Shown piece by piece: positions 39,077 to 49,133 of a stretch of 64,000 nucleotides of DNA. Numbering within the stretch: the first letter of the stretch is position 1; every line of letters starts with the position of its first letter. The position numbers and the translations under genes are program-made. The notes below the pieces were generated by a model. It had not been told where the DNA came from and did no database searches. It worked only from the letters and a program-made list of their open reading frames with translations. The DNA is taken from assembly GCA_963751455.1 (NCBI GenBank), contig CAVVUN010000002.1, forward strand, positions 320,001 through 384,000. Direction: 5' to 3'. The DNA comes from Nitrospirota bacterium (lineage in GTDB: Bacteria; Nitrospirota; UBA9217).

Positions 39077-40502
39077 GGAGCGGGCCGACAGCCGGGGTGA
39101 GGCGAGACAATCGTTTTTTGCGAAACAGCAGCTTATCAATTCCGCGAGGAGCGCATTTCAGCAGTTGTCCGCGGTGCTGAAGAACTCGGCACTTTACCCT
39201 GTCGGCCACCCTTATCTGCTTTCAACCGCAGCAAAGTTTGTGGAAACAATCGAGGGGCTGGCCATAGGCCGCAAGGAAGCGGCTTTCTATATCGTTGCCG
39301 GAGAATTGTTTTTCGATACCTATTCCGTACCTATTGATCAAAGCATCTCTGCGCTTATTGAAGAATTTGCGGCCCGGGAACTCGGGGGGGTCATGTTCAA
39401 ACCCGGGCTCACTCCAGGAGAAATCATCTCCTTTTCGGCCCTCCTGCGCAGGGACGCCAGGTCATTCGTTGACCAGGCCGATATTAATAAAGCCATCGCA
39501 GACGAGCACATCGCGCATATTGACGTACACCGGGTTGTTGTGGTTGACAGGAAGGCCGAGGGCGACGTGAAAGAAGAAGGCAGAAAAGCCGCTGAAATAT
39601 TCATGGACGCCGTCGAGGCCGTGAAGGAAATGGCTCTCGCGGTCCGCGGTCACAAGGCAGCGAACCCGCGTAAAATAAATACGGTGGTTCAAACCATGAT
39701 CGACAGTATCCTTGACAACCGGGACGCCTTCCTGGGATTGACCAGCATCAAGATGTATGATGAATATACGTTCGCCCACTCGGTCAATACGTCGATACTG
39801 GCTGTTTCCCTGGGAGTATTTCTGTCCTTTGAGAAACCCCAAATCGCAGCACTCGGGGTTGCAGCGCTTCTGCACGATATAGGAAAGCTGAGCGTTCCTA
39901 TCGATATTATCAATAAACCAGGCGAACTCACCGCTGATGAATGGGAGCTTGTGAAACGACACCCGATCGAGGGCGCCCTGATTCTCTCTGATATCCCGGC
40001 TGTGAGTAAACTGGCGATGATCGCGGCCTTCGAGCATCATCAGCATGGAGACACCAGGGGCTATCCTGTTATAGATGATAGAACTCAGCTTCATCCATAT
40101 TCGGAGATTGTGGCGCTCGCCGACGCATATGAAGCGCTCACCGCAGCCCGGGTCTATTACAGTGCGCAGATGCCGCCGGATCAAGCGATCCGGATACTGA
40201 TCAAGAAACGTGGTACCAAGTTTGAGCCGACGCTCGTGAAGGCCTTTGTGAACATGCTCGGGCTTTTCCCCGTCGGAACCGTTCTCAAAATGGACACGGG
40301 CGAGATAGGGCTTGTCGAGCATCAGACAGGCGACCTTTTGCGTCCCAGAGTTCTTCTCCTGAACAAGTTCGATGGATCGGAAAAAGGGACCGGAATACGG
40401 GTGAGCCTTTTGGAGACTGTGCGTGGACAGTATAAACGCACTCCCGTGGGAACCATCGACCCATATAAAGCACGGATCGACGTTAAAAAATACCTCGCTT
40501 AA
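39069..40502 (+). CDS. HD-GYP cyclic-di-nucleotide phosphodiesterase
   Basis: HSVN, LHDIGK, HHQHGDTRGYP, ADAYEA. Confidence 0.88.
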   Translation: MAEERADSRGEARQSFFAKQQLINSARSAFQQLSAVLKNSALYPVGHPYLLSTAAKFVETIEGLAIGRKEAAFYIVAGELFFDTYSVPIDQSISALIEEFAARELGGVMFKPGLTPGEIISFSALLRRDARSFVDQADINKAIADEHIAHIDVHRVVVVDRKAEGDVKEEGRKAAEIFMDAVEAVKEMALAVRGHKAANPRKINTVVQTMIDSILDNRDAFLGLTSIKMYDEYTFAHSVNTSILAVSLGVFLSFEKPQIAALGVAALLHDIGKLSVPIDIINKPGELTADEWELVKRHPIEGALILSDIPAVSKLAMIAAFEHHQHGDTRGYPVIDDRTQLHPYSEIVALADAYEALTAARVYYSAQMPPDQAIRILIKKRGTKFEPTLVKAFVNMLGLFPVGTVLKMDTGEIGLVEHQTGDLLRPRVLLLNKFDGSEKGTGIRVSLLETVRGQYKRTPVGTIDPYKARIDVKKYLA

Positions 40503-40556
40503 TTTCCGACAGCGAAAACCTGATTTTGCAGTTATAGACAGCCCTTTTTATAGCCA

Positions 40557-43091
40557 GTGACCCCCTATCCCATTGATACCATTCTTCCCGCGATTCAAGA
40601 AGCCGTACTCCGGAATCCGTCCGTAATTCTGGGCGCGCCTCCGGGGGCCGGAAAAACGACCCGGGTCCCTCTCGCATTGCTCCAAACGATACCTCCCGAA
40701 CGTGGACGTATTGTAATGCTTGAACCCAGAAGGATAGCCGCTGTTTCAGCAGCTCGCTGGATGGCTAAGTCTTTGAACGAGCAGCCGGGAGAAACAATCG
40801 GCTACACAATACGCTTTGACAGCAGAAAGTCAGAAAAGACACGGATCGAGGTCGTAACCGAAGGTGTCCTCACCCGGAGATTCCAATCGGACCCGGGACT
40901 GCAAGGCGTCGCATTGGTGATCTTCGACGAGTTCCACGAGCGCAGCATCCATGCTGACCTGGCTCTGGCGCTCTGTCTCGATGTCAGGAAACAGCTGCGT
41001 GAGGACTTGAAGATCATGGTCATGTCCGCTACCCTGGATCCCGGTGCTCTCATTTCTCTGCTCGGCAATCCAAAAGTGATATCGTCGGCCGGAAAATCGT
41101 TTTCTGTGGAAGAACGCTATATCTCAAACGGAGGGACAGATAGTGCGGGATCGAGGGTCCCCGCAGCGATCAGAACCGCTCTCAGGGATACGAATGGAGA
41201 TATCCTGGCGTTTCTTCCGGGCAGCGGCGAAATCCGGGCCTGCGACAGGGATCTTCGGGCTTCGTTGAATCTGAATGAAGAACGAATCGAGCTCCATCCT
41301 CTTTACGGCGACCTGCCGTTTGAAGAACAGGAGCGCGCACTTACACCATCAAAAGACCGGCGAAAGATCGTACTTGCCACGAACATCGCCGAGACGAGCC
41401 TTACGATCGAAGGCGTACATGTGGTTATCGACTCTGGTTTGACCCGGATGCTTCGATACGACCCGTCTACCGGAATGAACAGGCTGGTTACCGTACCCGT
41501 TTCAAAAGCATCCGCCGAACAGCGAAAGGGCAGAGCAGGCAGGCAGGGGCCCGGCGTTTGCTACCGTCTCTACGGCAGGCATGAATTTCAAGGAATGGCG
41601 TCTTTCGGTCAGCCTGAAATCCTTGTTTCCGATCTTACGTCGCTCGCCCTCGAACTGGCAGTCTGGGGTGTGAAGGAACCGGAGACGCTGTCGTGGCTCG
41701 ATGCGCCGCCGGCCGCGGCCTGGCATTCGGGCAGGAAACTACTCATGGAACTTGGCGCGCTCGATGCAAACGGTTCTGTCAGCCGGATAGGGCGGGAAAT
41801 GGCGGCTTTGCCGCTTCATCCGCGTCTCAGCCGGCTTCTGCTCAAGGCAGCTGAACTTGACTGTGTGGGTATCGGAGCCGATCTTGCTGCGATCCTGAGT
41901 GAACGTGAAATTTTTACGCGGCACGCGAGCAGCGAGTATGGCCGGCCTGAGCCGGACCTTTCCGAAAGAATAGAAATGCTGTGGGGATGGAGAGAGACGA
42001 AACTGAACAATGACAGGTTGGATATTTCTGCGGCAAAAGCCGTGGACCGAACCTCAAAACAGCTTCTCAAAATAATGCCGCGTGCGTCAGTGCGGCGCAA
42101 CGTTTTAAAAGTAGACGATCAAACTTTGGCGCGGCTGGTTCTCTGTGCGTATCCGGACAGGATATGCAAACGGCGGGAAGAAGGCGGCGGGCGTTTTGTA
42201 AGCGGCACGGGAAGGGGCCTTCGCCTTGCCGGGAACAGTCATCTCGCAGCAAGCCCGTATATAATAGCGGTCAAGGTTGATGCGGGAGAGAAGGCGGAAG
42301 GCTTCATTCATATCGCTGCCTCCGTTCCGGAAGAAACGATCCGTATCGAGTGCAGGGACCGCATCCGAACCATCAGGAGAGTAGAGTGGGACCATAAGGA
42401 ACGCAGGATAACGGCCGCAATCGAAGAGCGGCTCGATAGCCTGATCCTGTCTCAAAGGCCGTTTACGCCGTCTGACGAGGAAGCAGCGCCGATTCTGTGC
42501 GAAGTCGTCAGAGCGAATCCGGGCATCATCACCATAACGAAAGAGGTACGTCAGTTTCAGGCCCGCACACTGCTTATGAAGAGAAGCTTTCCCGAGGAAG
42601 ACTGGCTTGATCTTTCCGGCGAAGAGCTTCTCAGGAGACCTGAAGAATGGCTCGTGCCGTGGCTGCAGGCAATCCGTACTGCGGACCGCCTGACTGCGCT
42701 TGACATTCTTCCCGCTGTAAGGGCGCGGTTTTCCCGTAAGCAGATCAGCCTGCTCGATGAACGGCTTCCGCTTTTAGTTCCCGTACCCAGCGGAAATCGC
42801 GCGAAGATCGATTATACCGCCGGAGAACTCCCTGTATTGGCCGTTAAACTGCAGGAAATGTTCGGACTTGCCGATACGCCGGTAATGGCAGGAGGACGAG
42901 TGAAAGTACTGCTTCATCTCCTTTCGCCTGCAGGCAGACCCGTACAGATTACGCATGATCTCAAAAGTTTCTGGAACACCGGCTACCCGCTCGTAAAAAA
43001 AGACCTGAAGGGCCGTTACCCCAGACATCCCTGGCCTGACGATCCCTGGAACGCAGTTCCGACCCGCCGAACCAAACCGCGAGGAAAGTAA
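40557..43091 (+). CDS. hrpB: ATP-dependent helicase HrpB
   Basis: GAGKTTRVP, DEFHERS, MSAT, QRKGRAGR, GRYPRHPWPDDP. Confidence 0.95.
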   Translation: MTPYPIDTILPAIQEAVLRNPSVILGAPPGAGKTTRVPLALLQTIPPERGRIVMLEPRRIAAVSAARWMAKSLNEQPGETIGYTIRFDSRKSEKTRIEVVTEGVLTRRFQSDPGLQGVALVIFDEFHERSIHADLALALCLDVRKQLREDLKIMVMSATLDPGALISLLGNPKVISSAGKSFSVEERYISNGGTDSAGSRVPAAIRTALRDTNGDILAFLPGSGEIRACDRDLRASLNLNEERIELHPLYGDLPFEEQERALTPSKDRRKIVLATNIAETSLTIEGVHVVIDSGLTRMLRYDPSTGMNRLVTVPVSKASAEQRKGRAGRQGPGVCYRLYGRHEFQGMASFGQPEILVSDLTSLALELAVWGVKEPETLSWLDAPPAAAWHSGRKLLMELGALDANGSVSRIGREMAALPLHPRLSRLLLKAAELDCVGIGADLAAILSEREIFTRHASSEYGRPEPDLSERIEMLWGWRETKLNNDRLDISAAKAVDRTSKQLLKIMPRASVRRNVLKVDDQTLARLVLCAYPDRICKRREEGGGRFVSGTGRGLRLAGNSHLAASPYIIAVKVDAGEKAEGFIHIAASVPEETIRIECRDRIRTIRRVEWDHKERRITAAIEERLDSLILSQRPFTPSDEEAAPILCEVVRANPGIITITKEVRQFQARTLLMKRSFPEEDWLDLSGEELLRRPEEWLVPWLQAIRTADRLTALDILPAVRARFSRKQISLLDERLPLLVPVPSGNRAKIDYTAGELPVLAVKLQEMFGLADTPVMAGGRVKVLLHLLSPAGRPVQITHDLKSFWNTGYPLVKKDLKGRYPRHPWPDDPWNAVPTRRTKPRGK

Positions 43092-43256
43092 TTCCGGAGT
43101 GAGTGCATTCCGAGCAGCTTTCAGCTTGTCCAACAATTGCTACGCTAATGGAGTATTATTCGCAAAATTGAATAAATCAGAGCCTGTTTTATCCTTGTTT
43201 CTTCTTAAAAATGTTCTCCCATGGAAAAGGAATGCGGGGCCGTGTGGTCAAGTAGT

Positions 43257-43730
43257 TTACGGCTTATAGCACCAATGAAGATTACAATCGCTCCCACCCC
43301 AGTAAATCCTCACGACCTTTTCGTTAAAGCCGTCTGGGCAAGCAGCAGTATCGCCTTTATAGGGATTTGTTGTGTCTCCGTCGCAGCCATAACCTGTAAA
43401 ATACATTCCGCCAAAGCCATAGGTCGCACCGCTGATTGTTCCGCTGATGTTTGCGTTTCCCACCACAGCCAAATTCGTTTGTGAGCTATTCGTACCAACG
43501 CTAAGTTTACCGTTAACAGTACTGTTGCCGGTTACAGTCTCGCCGTTACTGGTAACTGTGCCGTTGACCTTTAAATTGCCATTGATCTCCGCTCTAGGCG
43601 TGGGGGCAGTACCCGTACCAACTCCGAAATTGCCGTATACAATCAAATCGCCGGGTGCCGCATAAATATTTTCCGTGGTAAGAACCAAAACCGCTAAAAC
43701 GACCATAACCATTAAGACGCTAATCTTCAT
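43257..43730 (-). CDS. Secreted protein with fibre-like beta repeats and a Cys-rich tip
   Basis: Signal peptide; NFGVGT..EINGNLKVNG repeats; GGMY..C..NP..CP.G..C..WC C-terminus. Confidence 0.65.
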   Translation of the reverse strand: MKISVLMVMVVLAVLVLTTENIYAAPGDLIVYGNFGVGTGTAPTPRAEINGNLKVNGTVTSNGETVTGNSTVNGKLSVGTNSSQTNLAVVGNANISGTISGATYGFGGMYFTGYGCDGDTTNPYKGDTAACPDGFNEKVVRIYWGGSDCNLHWCYKP

Positions 43731-43808
43731 TGTTCCCTCCTTTTAGAGATTATCCATAAAGTGAGCTGCTGAATTGAAAAATAATTTGCGTTGCCCCGCC
43801 TGCTTTTG

Positions 43809-46064
43809 CTACCGAGCAACTGCCGTGGCGACGGCAGAGCCAGTGGACTCATTTCCTACCGAATCAACGGCGGATACAACATAGTAATACACTGTGCCTG
43901 CAGTAAGCCCGGAATGCGCGTAGTTCGTAACATTGCCAAATGGTATCTTTGTGCCGGTCAAGGGCGAGACATTTGACTGCGTTGACCAATAGAGATTGTA
44001 ATATGAAGCGCCCATAGAGGCTGTCCACGTCACGTTTATCATAGCTGAACCGACAGTTCCCGCCGTTGCAGCTAAACCGGACGGAGCTAAAATCGTTTCT
44101 CCTGCTGAAACAAGCGACTGAACGGGAATACTGCTGTCGGCCGTGCTGTTGTTCCCAAGTTCGCCTGAGTAATTATATCCCCACGCCCAGACCGTGCTGT
44201 CATTTCTGAGCGCTACGGTGTGAAGATGTCCCGCTGCTATTGCCGTTATGCCGGTAAGGTAGGTGCCGCAAGCGCCCGGTGAGGCACCGGCGCTGGCGCA
44301 GACCTTAACGGGAATAGTGCTATCGGTCGTGCTATTGTTCCCAAGCTGGCCAAAGCAGTTAGATCCCCACGCCCAGACCGTGCCGTCGTTCATAAGAGCC
44401 AGAGTGCGGTACAATCTCCCTGCTATTGCCGTTATGCCGGTAAGGTAGGTGCTGCAGGCTCCCGCTGATGCGCCTGCAGTTGCGCAGACCTGAACGGGAA
44501 TAGTGCTAAGAGCCGTGCTATTGTTTCCGAGTTCGCCATTATCATTATCTCCCCACGCCCAGACTGTCCCGTCATTCCTGAGCGCGATGGTGTAGAAATC
44601 TCCGGCTGCCAATGCGGTTATGCCCGTAAGGTACGTGCCGCAGGCGCCCGCTGATGCGCCTGCAGTGGCGCAGACCTGAACGGGAATACCGCTGTCAGTG
44701 GTCGTGCCGTTTCCCAGCTGCCCGTAGTTGTTGTATCCCCATGCCCAGACCGTGCCGTCATCTTTGAGCCCTACGGTGTGACCATATCCCCCAGCTATTG
44801 CCGTTATACCCGTAAGATACGTGCCGCAGGCGCCCGCCGATGCGCCGGCAGTCGCGCAGACCTGAATGGGAATAGCGCTGTTGGCCGTGGTATTGTTCCC
44901 AAGCTGACCATTGTAGTTTCCTCCCCAAGCCCAGAGTGTGCCGTCATTTTTGAGCGCGACAGTATGAAAATTTCCCCCTATTGCCGTTATGCCTGTAAGA
45001 TACGTGCCGCAGACGCCCGGTGAGTCGCCGGCAGTGGCGCAGGCCTGAACGGGAATAGTGCTGTCGTTCGTGCTGTTGTTCCCAAGCTCGCCACCTGAGT
45101 TATATCCCCACGACCAAACCGTGCCGTCATTCTTGAGTGCAACGGTCTGAAGAGCTTCCCCTGATATTGCCGTTATGCCGGTAAGATACGTGCCGCAGGC
45201 GCCCGCCGAGGCGCCGGCAGTGGCGCAGACCTGAACGGGAATAGTGCTATCGGACATACTGTTGTTCCCAAGCTGGCCAATCGAGTTAAATCCCCACATC
45301 CAGACCGCGCTGTCATTCTTGAGCGCGACAGTATAACCAGATCCCCCTGCTATTGCCATTACCACTCCAGGAGTGGCAGAAACGATGCTTGACTCCACAC
45401 TTTCCCCATAAGCGTTCACTGCTGTTACAACGTAGTAATATGTTGTTTTATTGGTAAGGCCTGTCTGCGTGTAGGGGCTTGTCGCGTTCACGATTTTCGT
45501 TCCGGTTGACTTTGTGACAGTGGACTTTGTTGACCAGTAGATGTTGTACGACGTCGCGCCCGTAACAGTGTTCCAGCTTATGATGTTCTGTCCATTGCCG
45601 GCTAATACGGTAAGACCGATCGGGGCAGATGGAAACACTTCTGCTGTTGCGGGCGTTGCGCTCACCTCACTCGACTCTTCGCTCTCCCCATTGCTATTCT
45701 CTGCCGTTACCACATAATAGAAAGTCGTATCGTTTGACAGGCCGGCATGGATGTATGGACTTGTTATATTGGAAATCGTTGTCCCTGCCGTATTTGTAAC
45801 ACCTGATGTTGTTGACCAGTAGATATTGTACGACGTTGCGGCGGTAACACTGTTCCAGCTTATGATATTCTGTTCATTACCCGCGGCTGCGATAACGCCG
45901 GTCGGAGCAGATGGAAGCGTTGTTCCTGAAGACGTTCCGCTGCTATGTCTCCCGCCCTTGCAAGCCGACAACAGCGCCAGGAATAAAACAGCACCAAGAA
46001 GCAGTTTGTAAGAGGCTTTCCCTGTGCATATCACAACGAACCTCCTTCTTATCACATGCACCAT
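43809..46064 (-). CDS. Lipoprotein with FN3 domains and an RCC1-like beta-propeller
   Basis: LLSAC lipobox; three FN3-like units (SYNIYWS..YYVVTA); seven VWAWG.N..GQLG blades with a ~186-bp DNA period. Confidence 0.85.
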   Translation of the reverse strand: MVHVIRRRFVVICTGKASYKLLLGAVLFLALLSACKGGRHSSGTSSGTTLPSAPTGVIAAAGNEQNIISWNSVTAATSYNIYWSTTSGVTNTAGTTISNITSPYIHAGLSNDTTFYYVVTAENSNGESEESSEVSATPATAEVFPSAPIGLTVLAGNGQNIISWNTVTGATSYNIYWSTKSTVTKSTGTKIVNATSPYTQTGLTNKTTYYYVVTAVNAYGESVESSIVSATPGVVMAIAGGSGYTVALKNDSAVWMWGFNSIGQLGNNSMSDSTIPVQVCATAGASAGACGTYLTGITAISGEALQTVALKNDGTVWSWGYNSGGELGNNSTNDSTIPVQACATAGDSPGVCGTYLTGITAIGGNFHTVALKNDGTLWAWGGNYNGQLGNNTTANSAIPIQVCATAGASAGACGTYLTGITAIAGGYGHTVGLKDDGTVWAWGYNNYGQLGNGTTTDSGIPVQVCATAGASAGACGTYLTGITALAAGDFYTIALRNDGTVWAWGDNDNGELGNNSTALSTIPVQVCATAGASAGACSTYLTGITAIAGRLYRTLALMNDGTVWAWGSNCFGQLGNNSTTDSTIPVKVCASAGASPGACGTYLTGITAIAAGHLHTVALRNDSTVWAWGYNYSGELGNNSTADSSIPVQSLVSAGETILAPSGLAATAGTVGSAMINVTWTASMGASYYNLYWSTQSNVSPLTGTKIPFGNVTNYAHSGLTAGTVYYYVVSAVDSVGNESTGSAVATAVAR

Positions 46065-46232
46065 CTCTCGCTTAAGGTCCCTATATATCTATCTTGCACT
46101 TTCTTCTTGTGCGAGGTTCATCTGTTGTAATGCTGCCAAGCGCTGAACGCGTGCAATAAGTTCCTTGAAGACGCAGAGCGATAACGAAATCCCTATACGT
46201 TCATTGTGCAATTTTCTCACCGTTGCCGAAAA

Positions 46233-47213
46233 TTAGAAACGCGCAGCCAGAGTGAAGTTAAATGAGTTTGCGTCTCCAAAACCGAGGTTATTATCGGTCA
46301 GATGGAAACGGCCATAAGCACCGGTCAGAGAAAGCCGGCGAGTAAAAAAATACTCGAAATTCGCCGAATAAGTTCTACCTCCCGGGATAGCTGAATAAGT
46401 TCTACCTCCCGGAATAGCTAGTGACTTGCTTGAACTGTTTTCAAATCCTATTCCCGCACTCATGCGTCGGGTCCAGTAATAAACAAGCGACACCGATTCA
46501 GTAGTGTTTATTGGTTGTGCACTATGTACTGATCTCGTCTGGTTGATTCTTGATTGGAAACTTACGCTCCTGTCGCGGTTCAGTTGACGCACGTATTTTG
46601 AAACAACGCCATAGCCAAGTGTTTCCGAATTTAGAAAAAACATATCTGGATTGACATTAATCATATTTATCGCTTCTGCGTAATTATAGGCAATCTCGAT
46701 ACCTACTAGTAAGGAATTCGTAAGATAATTTCCGATGCTTATTCCTGACTTATACTCCCTAGTTTCCCCCTGGCCAGAGTCATAGAAACGAAGTCTAGAC
46801 TTGTCAAACGATATTGCAATGGCAAGAGGGAACCCAGGCCTTGCATAATTAAGCACGAATTGTTGCTCCGGTCCGGTCCCATGCCGTATTCCAGATCTGA
46901 AGTCCATGTGCTGCCAACTAAAAAAAGCGCTGCCGATATGCTCAAGAAATGCAGCTTCTGCATAAGGATGGTCTACAGTGCTTACGGGAGCAAAGAATAT
47001 TTCTCCTGAAAATCCGTACGAAATCGTCCTGTTATCTGTCGGCTCTTCCGGCATCAAAGAAATGAACGTTGCCCTGCTATCCCGAGAGTCAATCCATTGG
47101 TAAATGGTTGATATCTGCGCCTGGTACTGGTCCTCACCAAATGCTACGTTGATACAAAGCACAAACGAAATCAATGCAACCATGCTGCTCTTTTTTTTCA
47201 TGCGCTTCTCCAT
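46233..47213 (-). CDS. Putative outer-membrane beta-barrel (porin-like)
   Basis: Signal peptide, PYAEAAFL motif, amphipathic strands, C-terminal Phe; 27-bp tandem duplication at 46366-46419. Confidence 0.6.
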   Translation of the reverse strand: MEKRMKKKSSMVALISFVLCINVAFGEDQYQAQISTIYQWIDSRDSRATFISLMPEEPTDNRTISYGFSGEIFFAPVSTVDHPYAEAAFLEHIGSAFFSWQHMDFRSGIRHGTGPEQQFVLNYARPGFPLAIAISFDKSRLRFYDSGQGETREYKSGISIGNYLTNSLLVGIEIAYNYAEAINMINVNPDMFFLNSETLGYGVVSKYVRQLNRDRSVSFQSRINQTRSVHSAQPINTTESVSLVYYWTRRMSAGIGFENSSSKSLAIPGGRTYSAIPGGRTYSANFEYFFTRRLSLTGAYGRFHLTDNNLGFGDANSFNFTLAARF

Positions 47214-47572
47214 GCTCTAGCAGATAGGTTTCATGGATATTCTTTCTTGGATAAGGCTCATCTCTGTGGTAATTGCTGCTAAACACTGCAACGCGTGCAG
47301 GAGGCTTAACTGTTACATCTTATTATTTAAAAAATCGCCTAATCTCGCCTCTCAAATAAATTTGTTGAGGTGGTGTGGCACTCTCGAAAACGATACTATA
47401 TTAAGCAACTATTATCAGCCTTAATTTCTCCAATTTTTGTCAATTCAATTTTTTGATTGAGAACGCCCGTAAAGCCACCTGCCCGCAAATTTTTAATTAC
47501 CTCAGTACGGTCAAATTCTAAATTATTATTTTCACATTCTTTGATGTTTGCATTAGAAAAATTATTAAGTAC

Positions 47573-47603
47573 GTAGGTTGGGCTGAACTACGTGAAGCCC
47601 AAC
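47573..47603 (+). repeat. REP element (GTAG + hairpin)
   Basis: GTAGGTTGGGCTGAA..GAAGCCCAAC. Confidence 0.8.
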
Positions 47604-47615
47604 TTCTTCTTCCAC

Positions 47616-48154
47616 TCATTCACGTCCAATCGCGTCGTTAAACACTATATCCTTTGCACCCCAATCAGAATGATATTTACCCTGCTTCACATATCTGTGA
47701 AAACTCGAATATCTCCATTTCAATGGCGCTGTCGTTAAACCATGTTTAACGGGATTGTAATGTATGTATTCGACATGCCGTATATAATCCATATCATCTT
47801 GTGTCTGATGCTCCCAAAACGTCGCTGCCAGATATATTGTTCACGTTTCGCTGTCCTGCTCGCGCGTTGCCTGCTTTCAAACGGATCATGACAGATCCTT
47901 GTAAAATTGCTCTTGATCAGCATCCACCGCTTTGAATATTCATTGTCGCCTGGAGGCAATGTCCAAAGGCAATGAAGGTGATCCGGCAGCAACACGATTG
48001 CATCCACAATCAACGGATACTTCGCTTTGACCGTCTCAAATGCCTGCCTCAGGAGCCTCGGATTCTCACCCAGGCACAATATCTTTTTCCGCTCATACGT
48101 TACGACCGTAAAGAAAAAAGTTGCTCCTGGTGTTTGCGAACGTCTATAGCGCAT
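47616..48154 (-). mobile_element. REP-associated tyrosine transposase (RAYT, TnpA-Y1), frameshifted near 47818
   Basis: MRYRR..GATFFFTVVT, LPDHLH (HUH), WQRRF then WEH..YIHYNPVKHG..WRYSSF in the shifted frame. Confidence 0.88.
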
Positions 48155-48182
48155 CTGTTTTCCATCATCACTCACAATATGT

Positions 48183-48211
48183 GTTGGGCAATAAACCTCT
48201 GCCCAACCTAC
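48183..48211 (-). repeat. REP element, inverted relative to the one at 47573
   Basis: Reverse complement reads GTAGGTTGGGCAGAGG..TGCCCAAC. Confidence 0.8.
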
Positions 48212-48218
48212 CGGCTGA

Positions 48219-48306
48219 TATTGCCATAACGACTCCAGGGAGTGGCAGAAATGATGCCTGTCCCCGAGCTCTCCCCATAAGCATTCACTGCTGTTACAAC
48301 GTGGTA
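48219..48306 (-). pseudogene. Degenerate copy of part of the FN3-RCC1 lipoprotein gene
   Basis: Aligns by eye with 45351-45437 (TATTGCCAT..CTCCAGG.AGTGGCAGAA..CCCCATAAGC.TTCACTGCTGTTACAACGT). Confidence 0.75.
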
Positions 48307-48389
48307 TTTCCCTTGCCGCCATAATAATAATCGTAGCCAATGGACATAAGCCGGTGCTCATAATCAAAGGTATACCTGCTGCCATACTT

Positions 48390-48764
48390 TCAAGGTCCGA
48401 CCCCGCTCCCGCTTTTTTCCGCTTGCTTCTTGTTCTTACTGCCAACGAATGGAAGCCATGCATCTGTATTTCCAATCAGTATCATTTCGGGCTTTGTGCT
48501 TTTCTTCTTCGGCACGACTACTTCAACACCAATTGGAACACGTTTGAAATCCATCGCAATCCATTTGTAACTCTTTAAACCATTCTGACGGCTTTCAATT
48601 ATGGGAGCAGCAAATAATTTACTATCGATTCCATATTCAAAAAAATAATCTTGGTACATTTCATTTGCAATTTCGAACATCTCTTTATCTGAGCGATCAC
48701 TTTGAGTTGTGCAACCTGCAAGCAGAACAATTACTGCACTAATTTCAATAAGTTTATTCATCAT
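48390..48764 (-). CDS. Lipoprotein, putative periplasmic immunity protein
   Basis: LLAGC lipobox; low GC; directly downstream of a toxin-tip remnant. Confidence 0.65.
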   Translation of the reverse strand: MMNKLIEISAVIVLLAGCTTQSDRSDKEMFEIANEMYQDYFFEYGIDSKLFAAPIIESRQNGLKSYKWIAMDFKRVPIGVEVVVPKKKSTKPEMILIGNTDAWLPFVGSKNKKQAEKSGSGVGP

Positions 48765-48773
48765 GACAGCGCC

Positions 48774-48941
48774 CTATTGCCTCGGCCCAAGCGTGGCAGT
48801 CCCTCTAAATTCTATACGATAGGGCGTATCTGGGCCTGCGTAAATTCCACCAATAATCGTTTCGACGTTTCTCGCGAAAGTATTTGCAGACCAAGGCTTT
48901 ATGTCAAAGTTGTTGTAATCAAAACAAATATGCTTATCCAT
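48774..48941 (-). pseudogene. Orphan toxin C-terminal remnant, colicin-M-like
   Basis: Manual translation MDKHICFDYNNFDIKPWSANTFARNVETIIGGIYAGPDTPYRIEFRGTATLGPRQ*. Confidence 0.45.
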
Positions 48942-49133
48942 TTTATCATGCAAGTTTCCTTACACTAAACGGAGTTCCAGTCCTTCTTGACTGCCTGGCG
49001 TGCAATTCTATCTATGTAATCGCGGACAACCTTAATACAATGATCGCGCGATTCACCATTAGACAAATCGCCTAATGTTCGATAATCTATTTTCCTAAAC
49101 AAGGAGATCGCGTAAGAAAAATAAGGGAATTGG

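Noticed and set aside
7142-40322. Long antisense ORFs (e.g. 7142-7855, 8419-9219, 11507-12361, 15012-15755, 29464-30462, 39462-40322)
   Set aside because: Shadows of well-supported genes on the opposite strand, with no motifs of their own.
43092-43256. Integrase or att site at the island's left border
   Set aside because: No tRNA, integrase or direct repeat found in the window.
44200-45330. Regular DNA repeats as a CRISPR or non-coding array
   Set aside because: In-frame coding repeats of an RCC1 propeller.
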